DNA from: an uncultured Gammaproteobacteria bacterium
Lineage (GTDB): Bacteria; Pseudomonadota; Gammaproteobacteria; Arenicellales; JAANXG01
NCBI GenBank assembly: GCA_947259875.1
Contig: CAMYNX010000004.1
Location: 1 to 56,947 of the forward strand
Direction: 5' to 3'
DNA length: 56,947 nucleotides
Numbering within the stretch: position 1 is the first letter of the stretch; the number at the start of each line of letters is the position of its first letter. Below are positions 47,193 through 56,106 of the stretch, one piece after another. The position numbers and the translations under genes are program-made. The notes beneath the pieces are model-generated. The model made no database searches, was not told where the DNA came from, and saw nothing but the letters and a program-made list of their open reading frames with translations.

Positions 47193-47448
47193 ATGCCAAG
47201 CTACGATTATCTGTGTCGTGCCACCGGCCGAGTCTTCGAAGTCCGTCACTCCATTCACGGCAAACTGCGCTGCTGGGGTGACATGCACGGCCATCGGGAT
47301 CGATCCCGGCGCTGTTGCGCCGGATACACCCGTCGAGCGTTGGATCAGCGGTGGAAATTTGGTCAACCGCAGCGTGCTCAAAAATCCCGAGGCGCCATCC
47401 TGTGACGCCGCTTCGTCTTGCTGCGGGGGCTTATGCGGATTGAATTAA
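47193..47448 (+). pseudogene. FmdB-family zinc-ribbon protein, reading frame split near a G4 run (or a sequencing error)
   Basis: Frame 1 from ATG 47193: MPSYDYLCRATGRVFEVRHSIHGKLRCWGDM.. then unrelated sequence to a stop at 47405. The overlapping frame carries ..CTAIGIDPGAVAPDTPVERWISGGNLVNRSVLKNPEAPSCDAASSCCGGLCGLN* (stop 47446-47448), the expected C-terminal half. Confidence 0.55.
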
Positions 47449-47454
47449 TGGGTC

Positions 47455-48042
47455 ATGCCAGTTGGTAGTCTGCGTTTGAACGATGCGTACTGGCAATTGC
47501 TTCACCATGTTGGGGCCCACCAGGTGCCGCACTCCGGCCGTACCTTGCTTGACCACCTAAGCGGCACATACGAACTGTTAACGCAGTGGAGGAGTGACGA
47601 GACGACGTGCGTTGCCGGTTTGTTTCACAGCATCTATGGAACACAAACATTTGCCCATTCGTTGCTTGACCACAGCCAACGAAGCTATGTTCGCAACATG
47701 ATTGGTGCTGCAACGGAGCAGTTGGTTTTTTTGTTCAGTACAACCGACCGTGATAGTTTTTTTGAGAATATCGGCAACAAAGATATAACACTATTGAACA
47801 ATGTCGACGGCGAGTTAGTCGAAGTGTCACCGGCGACCCTCAGCGCTTTGGTCGAGATCGAAGTCGCCAATACCTTAGAGCAAATTCCGCACAAAAATCG
47901 GATCTCCTCAAAGGTAATGGACATCTATGCACGGCAATGTAAAGCAGCCAAACCGGTAATCTCTGATAAGGCCTTTAGGCAATGCATTCTTGTGTTTGAA
48001 AACTATCTGCTGGATGTAGGTCTGGGTGATCACCGGCGTTGA
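47455..48042 (+). CDS. Conserved hypothetical protein (HD-like / DUF6817-like impression)
   Basis: 195 aa. ..HSGRTLLDHLSGTYELLTQW..CVAGLFHSIYGTQTF... It starts 7 nt after the preceding stop. Confidence 0.5.
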   Translation: MPVGSLRLNDAYWQLLHHVGAHQVPHSGRTLLDHLSGTYELLTQWRSDETTCVAGLFHSIYGTQTFAHSLLDHSQRSYVRNMIGAATEQLVFLFSTTDRDSFFENIGNKDITLLNNVDGELVEVSPATLSALVEIEVANTLEQIPHKNRISSKVMDIYARQCKAAKPVISDKAFRQCILVFENYLLDVGLGDHRR

Positions 48043-48107
48043 TGTGATTTCCAAGCCGTGCGTGTGCAGATCCAAATAAGTTATTTCGTGAAATAGAGGA
48101 GCTTGAG

Positions 48108-48611
48108 ATGAAGTACGGTGTATTTACCGCTGTCGCCATTGTATTTGTGAACACTGCGTTGTCGCACGCTGCCGAGGAAGCGCCAGTCACGATTCCGATC
48201 CAGCGGCTGAGCCTGGACATGGCGGCAAAAGCCGCGATGGCCACGATCCAGGCCTGTCGGCAGAAGGGCATGAACATTACGGTGGCGCTGGTGGACCGAG
48301 GTGGTCGGCAACAGGTCGTGTTGCGTGACACGCTTGCGATGCCGCTCACCATAGACGTCGCACAGCAAAAAGCCTATGCGGCGATGAATTTCAATACACC
48401 AACCTCGCTGCTCGAAAACCGATTCACTTCGCCGTTTTCTCCCGGCAAGATAGAGGGAATTATTTTGTCCGCCGGTGGTTTGCCGATAGCCGCCGGCGGA
48501 ACCATCATCGGTGGAATTGGTGTCAGCGGTGCACCGTCCGGTAAAACCGATGAGGAATGCGCGAGCGCCGGCCTGGAGGCGATTACCACGGAGCTCGAGA
48601 TGTCCTTATAG
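48108..48611 (+). CDS. GlcG/HbpS-like haem-binding protein (DUF336), secreted
   Basis: 167 aa, signal peptide. ..ITVALVDRGG.., ..GGLPIAAGGTIIGGIGVSGAPSGKTDEECA.. is the family signature. Confidence 0.8.
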   Translation: MKYGVFTAVAIVFVNTALSHAAEEAPVTIPIQRLSLDMAAKAAMATIQACRQKGMNITVALVDRGGRQQVVLRDTLAMPLTIDVAQQKAYAAMNFNTPTSLLENRFTSPFSPGKIEGIILSAGGLPIAAGGTIIGGIGVSGAPSGKTDEECASAGLEAITTELEMSL

Positions 48612-48746
48612 CGGTTTTTTCGTGTTATTTTCGTTCAGCGTTTGTTCAGACGCGGTTCAGTACTGGTTCATGGCCGGTACGCTAAGGTAGCGCGTAACCC
48701 AATCACTTGCGGGTTACCCCAATGAAACCTTGGAAAGGAGACGGCC

Positions 48747-49265
48747 ATGAAAAAGTATGTTTTACGATTCGTCCTACCGGTTATCGGCATCGCATTATTG
48801 AGTATCGGCCAGGCCCAGGCTCGGCAGTCCTATCAGTCACAGCACCAGGGTGTGGAGCACGCGGCTTATCGATTCGAGAAGTCCGCGAAACACATGCATC
48901 GGTACCTCTACGATACCCTGGGCCGCGCTTACCTGACCAAATCGGCGCGCAAGCTCATCCGTGCCGCGAAACATTACCGACGCGCCCTAAAACATCACGA
49001 GCCGTACCGGTATCAGCGACGACAGTTCGCAGAACTCGCTGCTCGTTTTCGTGATTTTCGCAGCGAATACCGCCATGCCTATCTTCCAGAGTCGCGCCGC
49101 ACCCACCAAGCGATACGCCGGTTGAACGCATCGTTTCGGGACCTTAGACATGAAACCCGCCACGCCGGTCACCACCGAGCCCAGTATCGGAGCCGTGGCA
49201 GCTACCGCGGTGATCATCAGCGGTGGCCGCGCGGTGATTTTGCGGTGCTGGAGGATTCACCCTAA
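48747..49265 (+). CDS. Secreted, highly basic His/Arg/Tyr-rich hypothetical protein
   Basis: 172 aa, signal peptide VIGIALLSIGQAQA. Low-complexity helical repeats (..HYRRALKHHEPYRYQRRQF..FRSEYRHAY..). Confidence 0.5.
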   Translation: MKKYVLRFVLPVIGIALLSIGQAQARQSYQSQHQGVEHAAYRFEKSAKHMHRYLYDTLGRAYLTKSARKLIRAAKHYRRALKHHEPYRYQRRQFAELAARFRDFRSEYRHAYLPESRRTHQAIRRLNASFRDLRHETRHAGHHRAQYRSRGSYRGDHQRWPRGDFAVLEDSP

Positions 49266-49293
49266 CCGACTGGAATCGGCGCACTGGAGTGAG

Positions 49294-49316
49294 GGGCCGG
49301 TATCTGTTACCGGCCC
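49294..49316 (+). terminator. Putative rho-independent terminator
   Basis: GGGCCGGTA-TCTGT-TACCGGCCC: perfect 9-bp stem about 30 nt after the stop at 49265. The T-tail is weak (TTCCTAT). Confidence 0.45.
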
Positions 49317-49599
49317 TTCCTATATGAGCTTCGTGAGACAACGTACCGCACGCTAGTTCGCTAAGTCAGATTCCGTATCTTCGTCATGTGACGACGACAG
49401 GCGGACGTGCCAGTTTCTTGTTGATGCCACAACTACATATCCTTAACTTCGCCGCGGTGTTGTGTCCAAAAACTTGCATGTCCACCTTCCTGACGCGCTA
49501 CATGACGCCGGCACCACGACGATCCCGGCTTGATCATATTTGGAACACGATTTGCAGACACTATGCTATAACTGCCGCCATTGTCTGTGCTCTGACTCT

Positions 49600-50505
49600 A
49601 TGACCAATCAGCACAAAGCTTATTTGTTCGCCGCCATGACGGTGTTGTTGTGGTCGACCGTCGCTTCCGCGTTCAAGTTGTCACTTCGTTATATGGATCC
49701 CATCCAGCTTTTGTTTTTTGCAAACCTGGTATCGGTGACTACTTTATTTGCGATCTTACTCATCCAAAAAAAGCTCTACTTATTGCGCACTTATTCGCGG
49801 CGCGATCTGATGCATTCGGCGATGTTGGGGATTTTGAATCCTTTCTTGTACTACCTGGTGCTGTTCAAGGCCTACGATCTATTGCCGGCGCAGGAGGCAC
49901 AACCCTTGAATTACACCTGGGCCATAACGCTCACTTTATTGTCCATCCCCTTACTCAAGCAACGCATCGCCACCAGGCAGTTTCTAGCCATCTTGATAAG
50001 TTACCTAGGCGTCGTCATTATCTCCACCCGTGGTGATTTGTTGTCGTTGCGGTTTAGCAACGCCACCGGGGTGGCACTTGCCTTGGGCAGTACCGTGATT
50101 TGGGCGCTGTACTGGATTTACAATACTAAGGATCAAAAAGACCCGGTGGCCAGCTTATTCCTGAATTTTCTATTTGGCTTACCATTTGTATCCATTGCGC
50201 TGGTTGTACTATCAGAGCTTCGCATCGAGCATACCTTGGGATTGGTTGGCGCGGCATATGTGGGATTGTTTGAGATGAGTATAGCGTTCGTGTTGTGGCT
50301 CAACGCGTTGCGTCTGGCGCGCACTACCGCTAGTGTGGCGAATCTCATATTCTTCTCTCCGTTTTTGTCGTTGATCTTTATTCATTTTCTTGTCGGTGAG
50401 AAAATCCTGGCATCGACGTTGGTGGGACTGATGTTTATCGTGGCGGGAAATATATTGCAGCAATTCGGTAAAAAGCCCATACAAACCGCGGCAGTCGTGG
50501 ATTGA
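49600..50505 (+). CDS. DMT-superfamily (EamA) transporter
   Basis: Start placed at MTNQHKAYLFAAMTVLLWSTVASAFK (ATG 49600). Ten hydrophobic segments forming two EamA halves. Confidence 0.8.
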   Translation: MTNQHKAYLFAAMTVLLWSTVASAFKLSLRYMDPIQLLFFANLVSVTTLFAILLIQKKLYLLRTYSRRDLMHSAMLGILNPFLYYLVLFKAYDLLPAQEAQPLNYTWAITLTLLSIPLLKQRIATRQFLAILISYLGVVIISTRGDLLSLRFSNATGVALALGSTVIWALYWIYNTKDQKDPVASLFLNFLFGLPFVSIALVVLSELRIEHTLGLVGAAYVGLFEMSIAFVLWLNALRLARTTASVANLIFFSPFLSLIFIHFLVGEKILASTLVGLMFIVAGNILQQFGKKPIQTAAVVD

Positions 50506-50536
50506 TACCGGTGGTTAAACCGAAACGGCAGGATAC

Positions 50537-51382
50537 ATGAAGCTGAGCGTCGAGGAATTCCATAACTGGGCGAACAAGAGCATTACCCTGTTGGGTATGT
50601 CCGGCGTAGGCAAGACGCATCTTTCAACCGTTTTGCGCCGGCACGACTGGTTTCACTACTCGGGCGACTATCGCATTGGAACGCGTTATCTTGACGAACC
50701 GATACTCGATAATATCAAGCAGCAAGCGATGGGAATGCCATTCTTTCGCGACCTACTGCGGTCTGATTCGATCTATATCGGGCACAACATTACCGTCGAC
50801 AATCTGGAGGCGGTGCTGAGTTTTATCGGCAAACCCGGAGATCCGAGCAAAGGCGGCCTGCCCATTAAAGAGTTCGAAAGGCGGCAGGAATTGTATCGGC
50901 TGGGAGAGATCGCGGCGATGAAGGATGTGCCTGATTTCATACGCAAGTCACAACAAATCTATGGTTACAAAAACTTCGTCAATGACGTGGGCGGCAGCTT
51001 GTGTGAATTGGAAGATTCCAGCTCGATGGACGTGCTTATCGAACACACACTGATTCTTTATATACAGGTAACCGCGCAGGATGAAGCTGAGTTGATCGAA
51101 CGTGCGGAAGCCGATCCCAAACCGCTCTATTACCGGCCGGCCTTTTTAGAGCAACAATTAATTGCTTACCTTAAGGATCGCGGCCTGTCTAGCCACGATG
51201 AGATTGACCCGGATGATTTTACGCGGTGGGTATTCCCGCGGTTGTTTCATGCCCGGGTTCCACGCTATGAGTCCATTACCAAGCCACACGGCTATACCGT
51301 GACCTCCGCTGAGATCTCGCAGGTTCGCGACGACAAGGATTTTTTGTCGCTGCTGGAATCGGCCATTGCGCGCCGTGTCTGA
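50537..51382 (+). CDS. P-loop NTPase of unknown function (kinase-like)
   Basis: 281 aa. Walker A ITLLGMSGVGKTHLS near the N-terminus. No other family motif recognised. Confidence 0.55.
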   Translation: MKLSVEEFHNWANKSITLLGMSGVGKTHLSTVLRRHDWFHYSGDYRIGTRYLDEPILDNIKQQAMGMPFFRDLLRSDSIYIGHNITVDNLEAVLSFIGKPGDPSKGGLPIKEFERRQELYRLGEIAAMKDVPDFIRKSQQIYGYKNFVNDVGGSLCELEDSSSMDVLIEHTLILYIQVTAQDEAELIERAEADPKPLYYRPAFLEQQLIAYLKDRGLSSHDEIDPDDFTRWVFPRLFHARVPRYESITKPHGYTVTSAEISQVRDDKDFLSLLESAIARRV

Positions 51383-51446
51383 CTGCGCCAGTGTTATCCG
51401 GGATGGGTAAATTCGACCTCTATCGATATATGGGAGTGAACAACAT

Positions 51447-51953
51447 ATGGCAGTAAAGGAAGGTTGGCGGGGGCGGTTTTTTGAGGATTTCGAAGTGGGC
51501 GATGTCTACCGTCACCCGCTCGGGCGTACGGTCACCACCACCGATAACATCTGGTTTACGCTGTTGACTCAGAACACGGCGCCGATTCACTTCGATCATC
51601 ACTATTCGAAGCAGACCGAATTCGGTCAGCCGCTGGTCGACTCGACCTTTACGTTGGCGCTGGTCACCGGACAAAGCGTTACCGATGTCTCGCAAAACGT
51701 GTTTGCGAATCTCGGTTGGGACGCGGTCAAGTTGCCCAATCCGGTGTTCGAGGGCGATACCATTTATTCGCAATCGGAGGTGTTGACCGTGCGCGAGTCG
51801 AAGTCGCGGCCAAATGTAGGTATCGTCACCGTCAACACCACCGGCTATAACCAGGACGGCAAGGTGGTGATCAGTTTTCAACGCACCCTCATGGTGTATA
51901 AACGGGACTTCGCACCACAGATTCCGCGACATGAGCCGAACGACCAGGCATGA
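51447..51953 (+). CDS. MaoC-type hydratase, itaconyl-CoA hydratase (Ich)-like
   Basis: 168 aa. GWRGRFFEDFEVGDVYRHPLGRTVTTTDNIWFTLLTQNTAPIHFDHHY..TEFGQPLVDSTFTLALVTGQSV is, from my memory of the family, very close to the Ich/RipB type of MaoC dehydratase. Confidence 0.65.
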   Translation: MAVKEGWRGRFFEDFEVGDVYRHPLGRTVTTTDNIWFTLLTQNTAPIHFDHHYSKQTEFGQPLVDSTFTLALVTGQSVTDVSQNVFANLGWDAVKLPNPVFEGDTIYSQSEVLTVRESKSRPNVGIVTVNTTGYNQDGKVVISFQRTLMVYKRDFAPQIPRHEPNDQA

Positions 51954-53365
51954 GCGACACCACACAAAACGTAACGCGAGAGCTCGCGGCATTCCTGGCC
52001 AACTTGTCGTTCGCGATGCTGCCCGAAGAGGTGGTTGCACGCACCGAGGAACTGTTCTTGGATTGGATCGCCTCAGCGTTGGCGGGCAAGGCAGCGCGCC
52101 CGGTAGTGGCTTTGGAGCGCTTCGCCGAAACCATGGGCCCCGCCACCGGAACCAGTGAGATCCTGGTATCGCGGCGGCGCACCTCGCCACTGTTTGCCGC
52201 GCTGGTTAATGCGGCCAGCTCGCACGTGGTGGAGCAAGACGATGTCCATAACGGTTCGGTGTTACACCCGGGCGCGGTGGTGTTCCCCGCGGTGTTGGCG
52301 GCCGGACAGTCGATCGGCGCCACCGGGCCGGATCTGATTACTGCCGCGACCGCTGGTTATGAGGCCGGCATCCGCATTGGCGAGTTTCTCGGTCGCTCCC
52401 ATTATCGCGTGTTTCATACCACCGGTACCGCGGGGACACTGGCTGCCGCCGCCGCTGTGGCGCGTTTATTGGAACTGAACGAGGACACCATGCTGGATGG
52501 GTTGGGTAATGCCGGGACCCAGGCCGCCGGACTGTGGGAGTTTTTGCGCGAGGGTGCGGACTCCAAGCAGCTCCACACCGCGAAGGCCGCCGCTGATGGT
52601 TTGTTGTCGGCGTATCTTGCCGGTGACGGGTTCACCGGGGCGCATCAGATCCTTACCGGCAGTCAAGGGATGGCCGCGGGGATGTCGGTGGATGCCGACC
52701 CCGCGCGCCTCACCGACCGATTGGGAGAGCGGTGGGCGTTGACCGAGACATCGTTCAAGTTTTATGCCTCGTGCCGTCACACGCACCCCGCCGCCGATGC
52801 GCTCGGGGAACTGATGCAAGGCCAAGGATTGGGGCATCAAGACATTGCCCGGGTCGACGCCCATGTGCACCAGGCCGCAATCGATGTGCTGGGGCCGGTC
52901 ACTGCGCCGCGTACCGTACATCAGGCAAAATTCTGTATGGGCTTTGTGTTGGCGTTGATCGCCGTCCGCGGCCGTGCCGCTATCGATGATTTTAACGATG
53001 CGACACTGAATGACCCGGTGATTCGTGATTGGAGCCGGCGGGTGGTCATGGTGTGTGATCCGGAAGTCGACGCGGCGTATCCACAACGCTGGCTCGGCAA
53101 GGTGAGGGTGACGACCCGAGATGGGCAGATCTATGACATGCGAGTGGACGCGCCCAAAGGCGATCCCGGCAATCCGCTCAGTCGTCCCGAGTTAGAGGAT
53201 AAGGCGCTGCGGCTGGCGGCGTATCGGCAGGCTGCGACCCCAGATGAGATGCACGACCTCATCAAACTGGCGTGGAATTTGCGAGACATGGAAAGCATCC
53301 ATTCAATATTTGCCGACGGATTTGGTACGCGCCACAAACACGACGCCACCGGTGCCTGGCGGTGA
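51950..53365 (+). CDS. MmgE/PrpD family protein
   Basis: 471 aa. ..ASSHVVEQDDVH.., ..FHTTGTAGTLAAAAA.. are PrpD-family blocks. It overlaps the upstream stop by 4 nt. Confidence 0.85.
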   Translation: MSDTTQNVTRELAAFLANLSFAMLPEEVVARTEELFLDWIASALAGKAARPVVALERFAETMGPATGTSEILVSRRRTSPLFAALVNAASSHVVEQDDVHNGSVLHPGAVVFPAVLAAGQSIGATGPDLITAATAGYEAGIRIGEFLGRSHYRVFHTTGTAGTLAAAAAVARLLELNEDTMLDGLGNAGTQAAGLWEFLREGADSKQLHTAKAAADGLLSAYLAGDGFTGAHQILTGSQGMAAGMSVDADPARLTDRLGERWALTETSFKFYASCRHTHPAADALGELMQGQGLGHQDIARVDAHVHQAAIDVLGPVTAPRTVHQAKFCMGFVLALIAVRGRAAIDDFNDATLNDPVIRDWSRRVVMVCDPEVDAAYPQRWLGKVRVTTRDGQIYDMRVDAPKGDPGNPLSRPELEDKALRLAAYRQAATPDEMHDLIKLAWNLRDMESIHSIFADGFGTRHKHDATGAWR

Positions 53366-54477
53366 CTGAATCTCGCGATTACAGCGAACTGCGCGACCCG
53401 GTTAGCGATCTTTGTCGTCGCTATCCGGATGAGTATTGGCGTCGTATTGATCGGGAACGCCTGTACCCACAGGAGTTTGTACATGCGTTAACCGAGGCCG
53501 GATGGCTGGCGGCGTTGATTCCAGAGCAATACGGTGGCTCCGGGCTGGGGGTCACCGAGGCATCGGTGATTCTCGAGCAGATCAACCGCTGCGGTGGTAA
53601 CGCAGCGGCCTGTCACGCGCAGATGTACACCATGGGCACCGTGCTGCGCCACGGTTCTGAGCAACAAAAGCAACGCTATCTACCCGAGATCGCCAGCGGT
53701 GGATTGCGGCTGCAGGCGTTTGCCGTCACCGAGCCCAGCGCCGGCACCGACACCACCAAGATCCGCACTACTGCTGTCCATAAGGGCGACCGCTATATTG
53801 TCAACGGTCAAAAGGTGTGGACTTCACGGGTGCAACATTCGGATTTGATGCTGTTGTTCGCGCGCACCACCCCGGTTGAACAGGTCAGCAAAAAGACCGA
53901 GGGCCTGTCGGTGTTTCTGGTGGACCTGCGTGACGCCGTCGGCAACGGGCTGAAGTTGTATTTCGATGATCTCGAAGTGCCCGAAGAAAATATGATCGGT
54001 AAGCAGGGCAGAGGGTTTCGTTATCTGCTCGATGGATTGAATGCGGAGCGCATTCTGATTGCCGCGGAGTGCATCGGGGACGGTGACTGGTTTATTGAAC
54101 GCGCAACCGCCTATGCGCGGGAACGCGTGGTGTTCGATCGGCCCATCGGTCAAAACCAGGGGATTCAGTTTCCACTGGCCCACGCCTATGCCAACGTGCG
54201 TGCCGCCGATCTGATGCGCTATCGCGCCGCCGAGTTGTTCGACGGCGGATTTCCCTGCGGCGCAGAAGCCAACATGGCCAAGTTATTGGCCGCCGATGCG
54301 TCTTGGGAAGCCGCCAATGCCGCGTTACAGACCCACGGTGGATATGGGTTCGCCAGCGAATACGACGTGGAGCGAAAGTTTCGTGAGACGCGCCTGTTCC
54401 AGGTAGCGCCGATCTCCACCAATCTGATTTTGTCGTACATCGCAGAGCACGTGCTCGGTCTGCCGAGGTCTTTTTGA
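53362..54477 (+). CDS. Acyl-CoA dehydrogenase family protein (short middle domain)
   Basis: GTG 53362 overlaps the prpD-like stop (GTGA). ..AFAVTEPSAGTD.., ..NGQKVWTS.., ..QNQGIQFPLA.., ..THGGYGF... There are only 12 residues between FLVD and FDDLEVP, where ACADs normally have about 26. Confidence 0.8.
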   Translation: MTESRDYSELRDPVSDLCRRYPDEYWRRIDRERLYPQEFVHALTEAGWLAALIPEQYGGSGLGVTEASVILEQINRCGGNAAACHAQMYTMGTVLRHGSEQQKQRYLPEIASGGLRLQAFAVTEPSAGTDTTKIRTTAVHKGDRYIVNGQKVWTSRVQHSDLMLLFARTTPVEQVSKKTEGLSVFLVDLRDAVGNGLKLYFDDLEVPEENMIGKQGRGFRYLLDGLNAERILIAAECIGDGDWFIERATAYARERVVFDRPIGQNQGIQFPLAHAYANVRAADLMRYRAAELFDGGFPCGAEANMAKLLAADASWEAANAALQTHGGYGFASEYDVERKFRETRLFQVAPISTNLILSYIAEHVLGLPRSF

Positions 54478-55658
54478 CCATGTTGCCTCTGGACGGTGTC
54501 ACCGTGGTGTCCTTGGAACAGGCGGTGTCCGCACCGTTCGCGACACGCCAACTCGCTGACCTCGGGGCGGCGGTAATTAAAATTGAACGGCCGGGAGATG
54601 GCGATTTCGCGCGGCATTACGACGAAACCGTTAACGGCATGTCGAGCCACTTTGTGTGGCTCAACCGCTCTAAAAAGAGTTTGACCTTGGATATCAAGCA
54701 TCCGCTGGCCAGTGACGTGCTCCACCGGTTGCTGACCCGCGCAGACGTGCTCGTGCAAAACCTGGCGCCCGGCGCCGCCGCCCGGGCCGGATTGGACGCA
54801 GACGATATCGCGCAACGCCATCCTCGATTGATCCAATGCAATATCTCAGGGTATGGAAAAGGCGGTCCGTACGAGCACAAGAAAGCCTATGACCTGTTGG
54901 TCCAGTGTGAGGCGGGCCTGGTGTCCACCACCGGTACCGGTGCTGACATGGCCAAGGTGGGCGTTTCCATTGCCGATATCGCCGCCGGCATGTACGCCTA
55001 CAGCGGCATTCTCACTGCCTTGTATCAGCGCGAAAAAACCGGCCGTGGGACGGTGCTCGATGTGTCGCTGTTCGATGCGCTTGGAGAATGGATGGGTTAT
55101 CCCGCCTATTACACTGCCTATGGCGGCACCGCACCGCCGCGCACTGGTTTGAGTCATGCGACCATCGCGCCCTACGGCCCCTACCCGACCGGTGACCGCC
55201 GGTTGGTGATGTTGGGGATTCAGAATGAGCGGGAATGGCAGGCGTTTTGCCGCGAGGTGATACGTCAGCCCGAACTCGCCACCGACGCCCGCTTTCAGAA
55301 CAACTCGCAACGGGTTGTGAATCGTGAGGAAATGGACGGGTTCATCGCTGCCGCCTTCAATGGGCTATCGGCAACGGAAGTTGTCGCACGCCTCGACGCG
55401 GCCAAGATCGCTAACGCGCAAATCAACACGATGCAGGAATTTTGGGACCACGCGCAGCTGCAAGCCCGCGATCGTTGGCGTACCATCGACTCACCGGTGG
55501 GGCCGCTGCAAGCCCTGCTTCCTCCGGTGGTGATGCACGGCGCCGAGGTACGCATGGACCCAGTGCCGGCACCGGGAGAACACAACCACGAAATCCTGCG
55601 CACCCTGGGTTATCGAGACGATGACATCGGCCAGTTCGAGGAACAAGCGGTGATCTAG
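54474..55658 (+). CDS. Family III (CaiB/BaiF) CoA-transferase, itaconate CoA-transferase (Ict)-like
   Basis: 394 aa. LDGVTVVSLEQAVSAPFATRQLADLGAAVIKIERP..GD and ..LVQNLAPG.. are typical of family III. It overlaps the upstream stop by 4 nt. Confidence 0.85.
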   Translation: MTMLPLDGVTVVSLEQAVSAPFATRQLADLGAAVIKIERPGDGDFARHYDETVNGMSSHFVWLNRSKKSLTLDIKHPLASDVLHRLLTRADVLVQNLAPGAAARAGLDADDIAQRHPRLIQCNISGYGKGGPYEHKKAYDLLVQCEAGLVSTTGTGADMAKVGVSIADIAAGMYAYSGILTALYQREKTGRGTVLDVSLFDALGEWMGYPAYYTAYGGTAPPRTGLSHATIAPYGPYPTGDRRLVMLGIQNEREWQAFCREVIRQPELATDARFQNNSQRVVNREEMDGFIAAAFNGLSATEVVARLDAAKIANAQINTMQEFWDHAQLQARDRWRTIDSPVGPLQALLPPVVMHGAEVRMDPVPAPGEHNHEILRTLGYRDDDIGQFEEQAVI

Positions 55659-55767
55659 CCCGCATATCTCACCCGGCGCCCCGTTCATATTCATGTCGGC
55701 AAGGAAATACCCCCGCGGCGTGTCTTCCAGGAAATGGCGATATGCGATTCGCCACGATGCCTGCCGA

Positions 55768-55890
55768 GAATAGTGGCGGGTCTAACCCGGCAGTGGCTCG
55801 GTCTCGAGCGCCTGGACCTGCGCTTCACCAAAAAGAATAGAAAAATGAAAAATTGGGGTCAGGGTCGCGGACCCCGACCTCAATTTTCCC
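55768..55890 (+). repeat. MITE-like repeat, partial copy (modules 1 and 2)
   Basis: GGTCTCGAGCGCCTGGACCTGCGCTTCAC (55800-55828) followed by the degenerate hairpin AAAAATTGGGGTCAGGGTC-GCG-GACCCCGACCTCAATTTT. Collinear with 8792-8866. Confidence 0.65.
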
Positions 55891-56106
55891 TGGTCTCTGG
55901 AGGTCTGCTCCTGGCCCAGAGTGTGTGAAAACGTTGGGGTCTTGCCGCGTTGCACAGAAACCTTGCCCAAACGCGCACAGATACGACTTCAAAGCCTATG
56001 GTTTTCGACTACCCGGGACTTTGGATTTTATGGATTTTATAAAATCGCCGGTGATGACGGGGCTGGCGAAGAGCCATTCGGCCTGTTATGAGGCGAAGTG
56101 GCCTTG

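Noticed and set aside
51420-52190. 256-aa minus-strand ORF
   Set aside because: It is antisense to the MaoC hydratase and MmgE/PrpD genes. It has Arg/Pro-rich junk composition.
56019-56046. GGATTTTAT GGATTTTAT direct repeat overlapping the palindrome GATTTTATAAAATC, considered as the IS1182 terminal inverted repeat
   Set aside because: The other IS end is outside the window, so the inverted repeat cannot be verified. It is noted only as a possible boundary.
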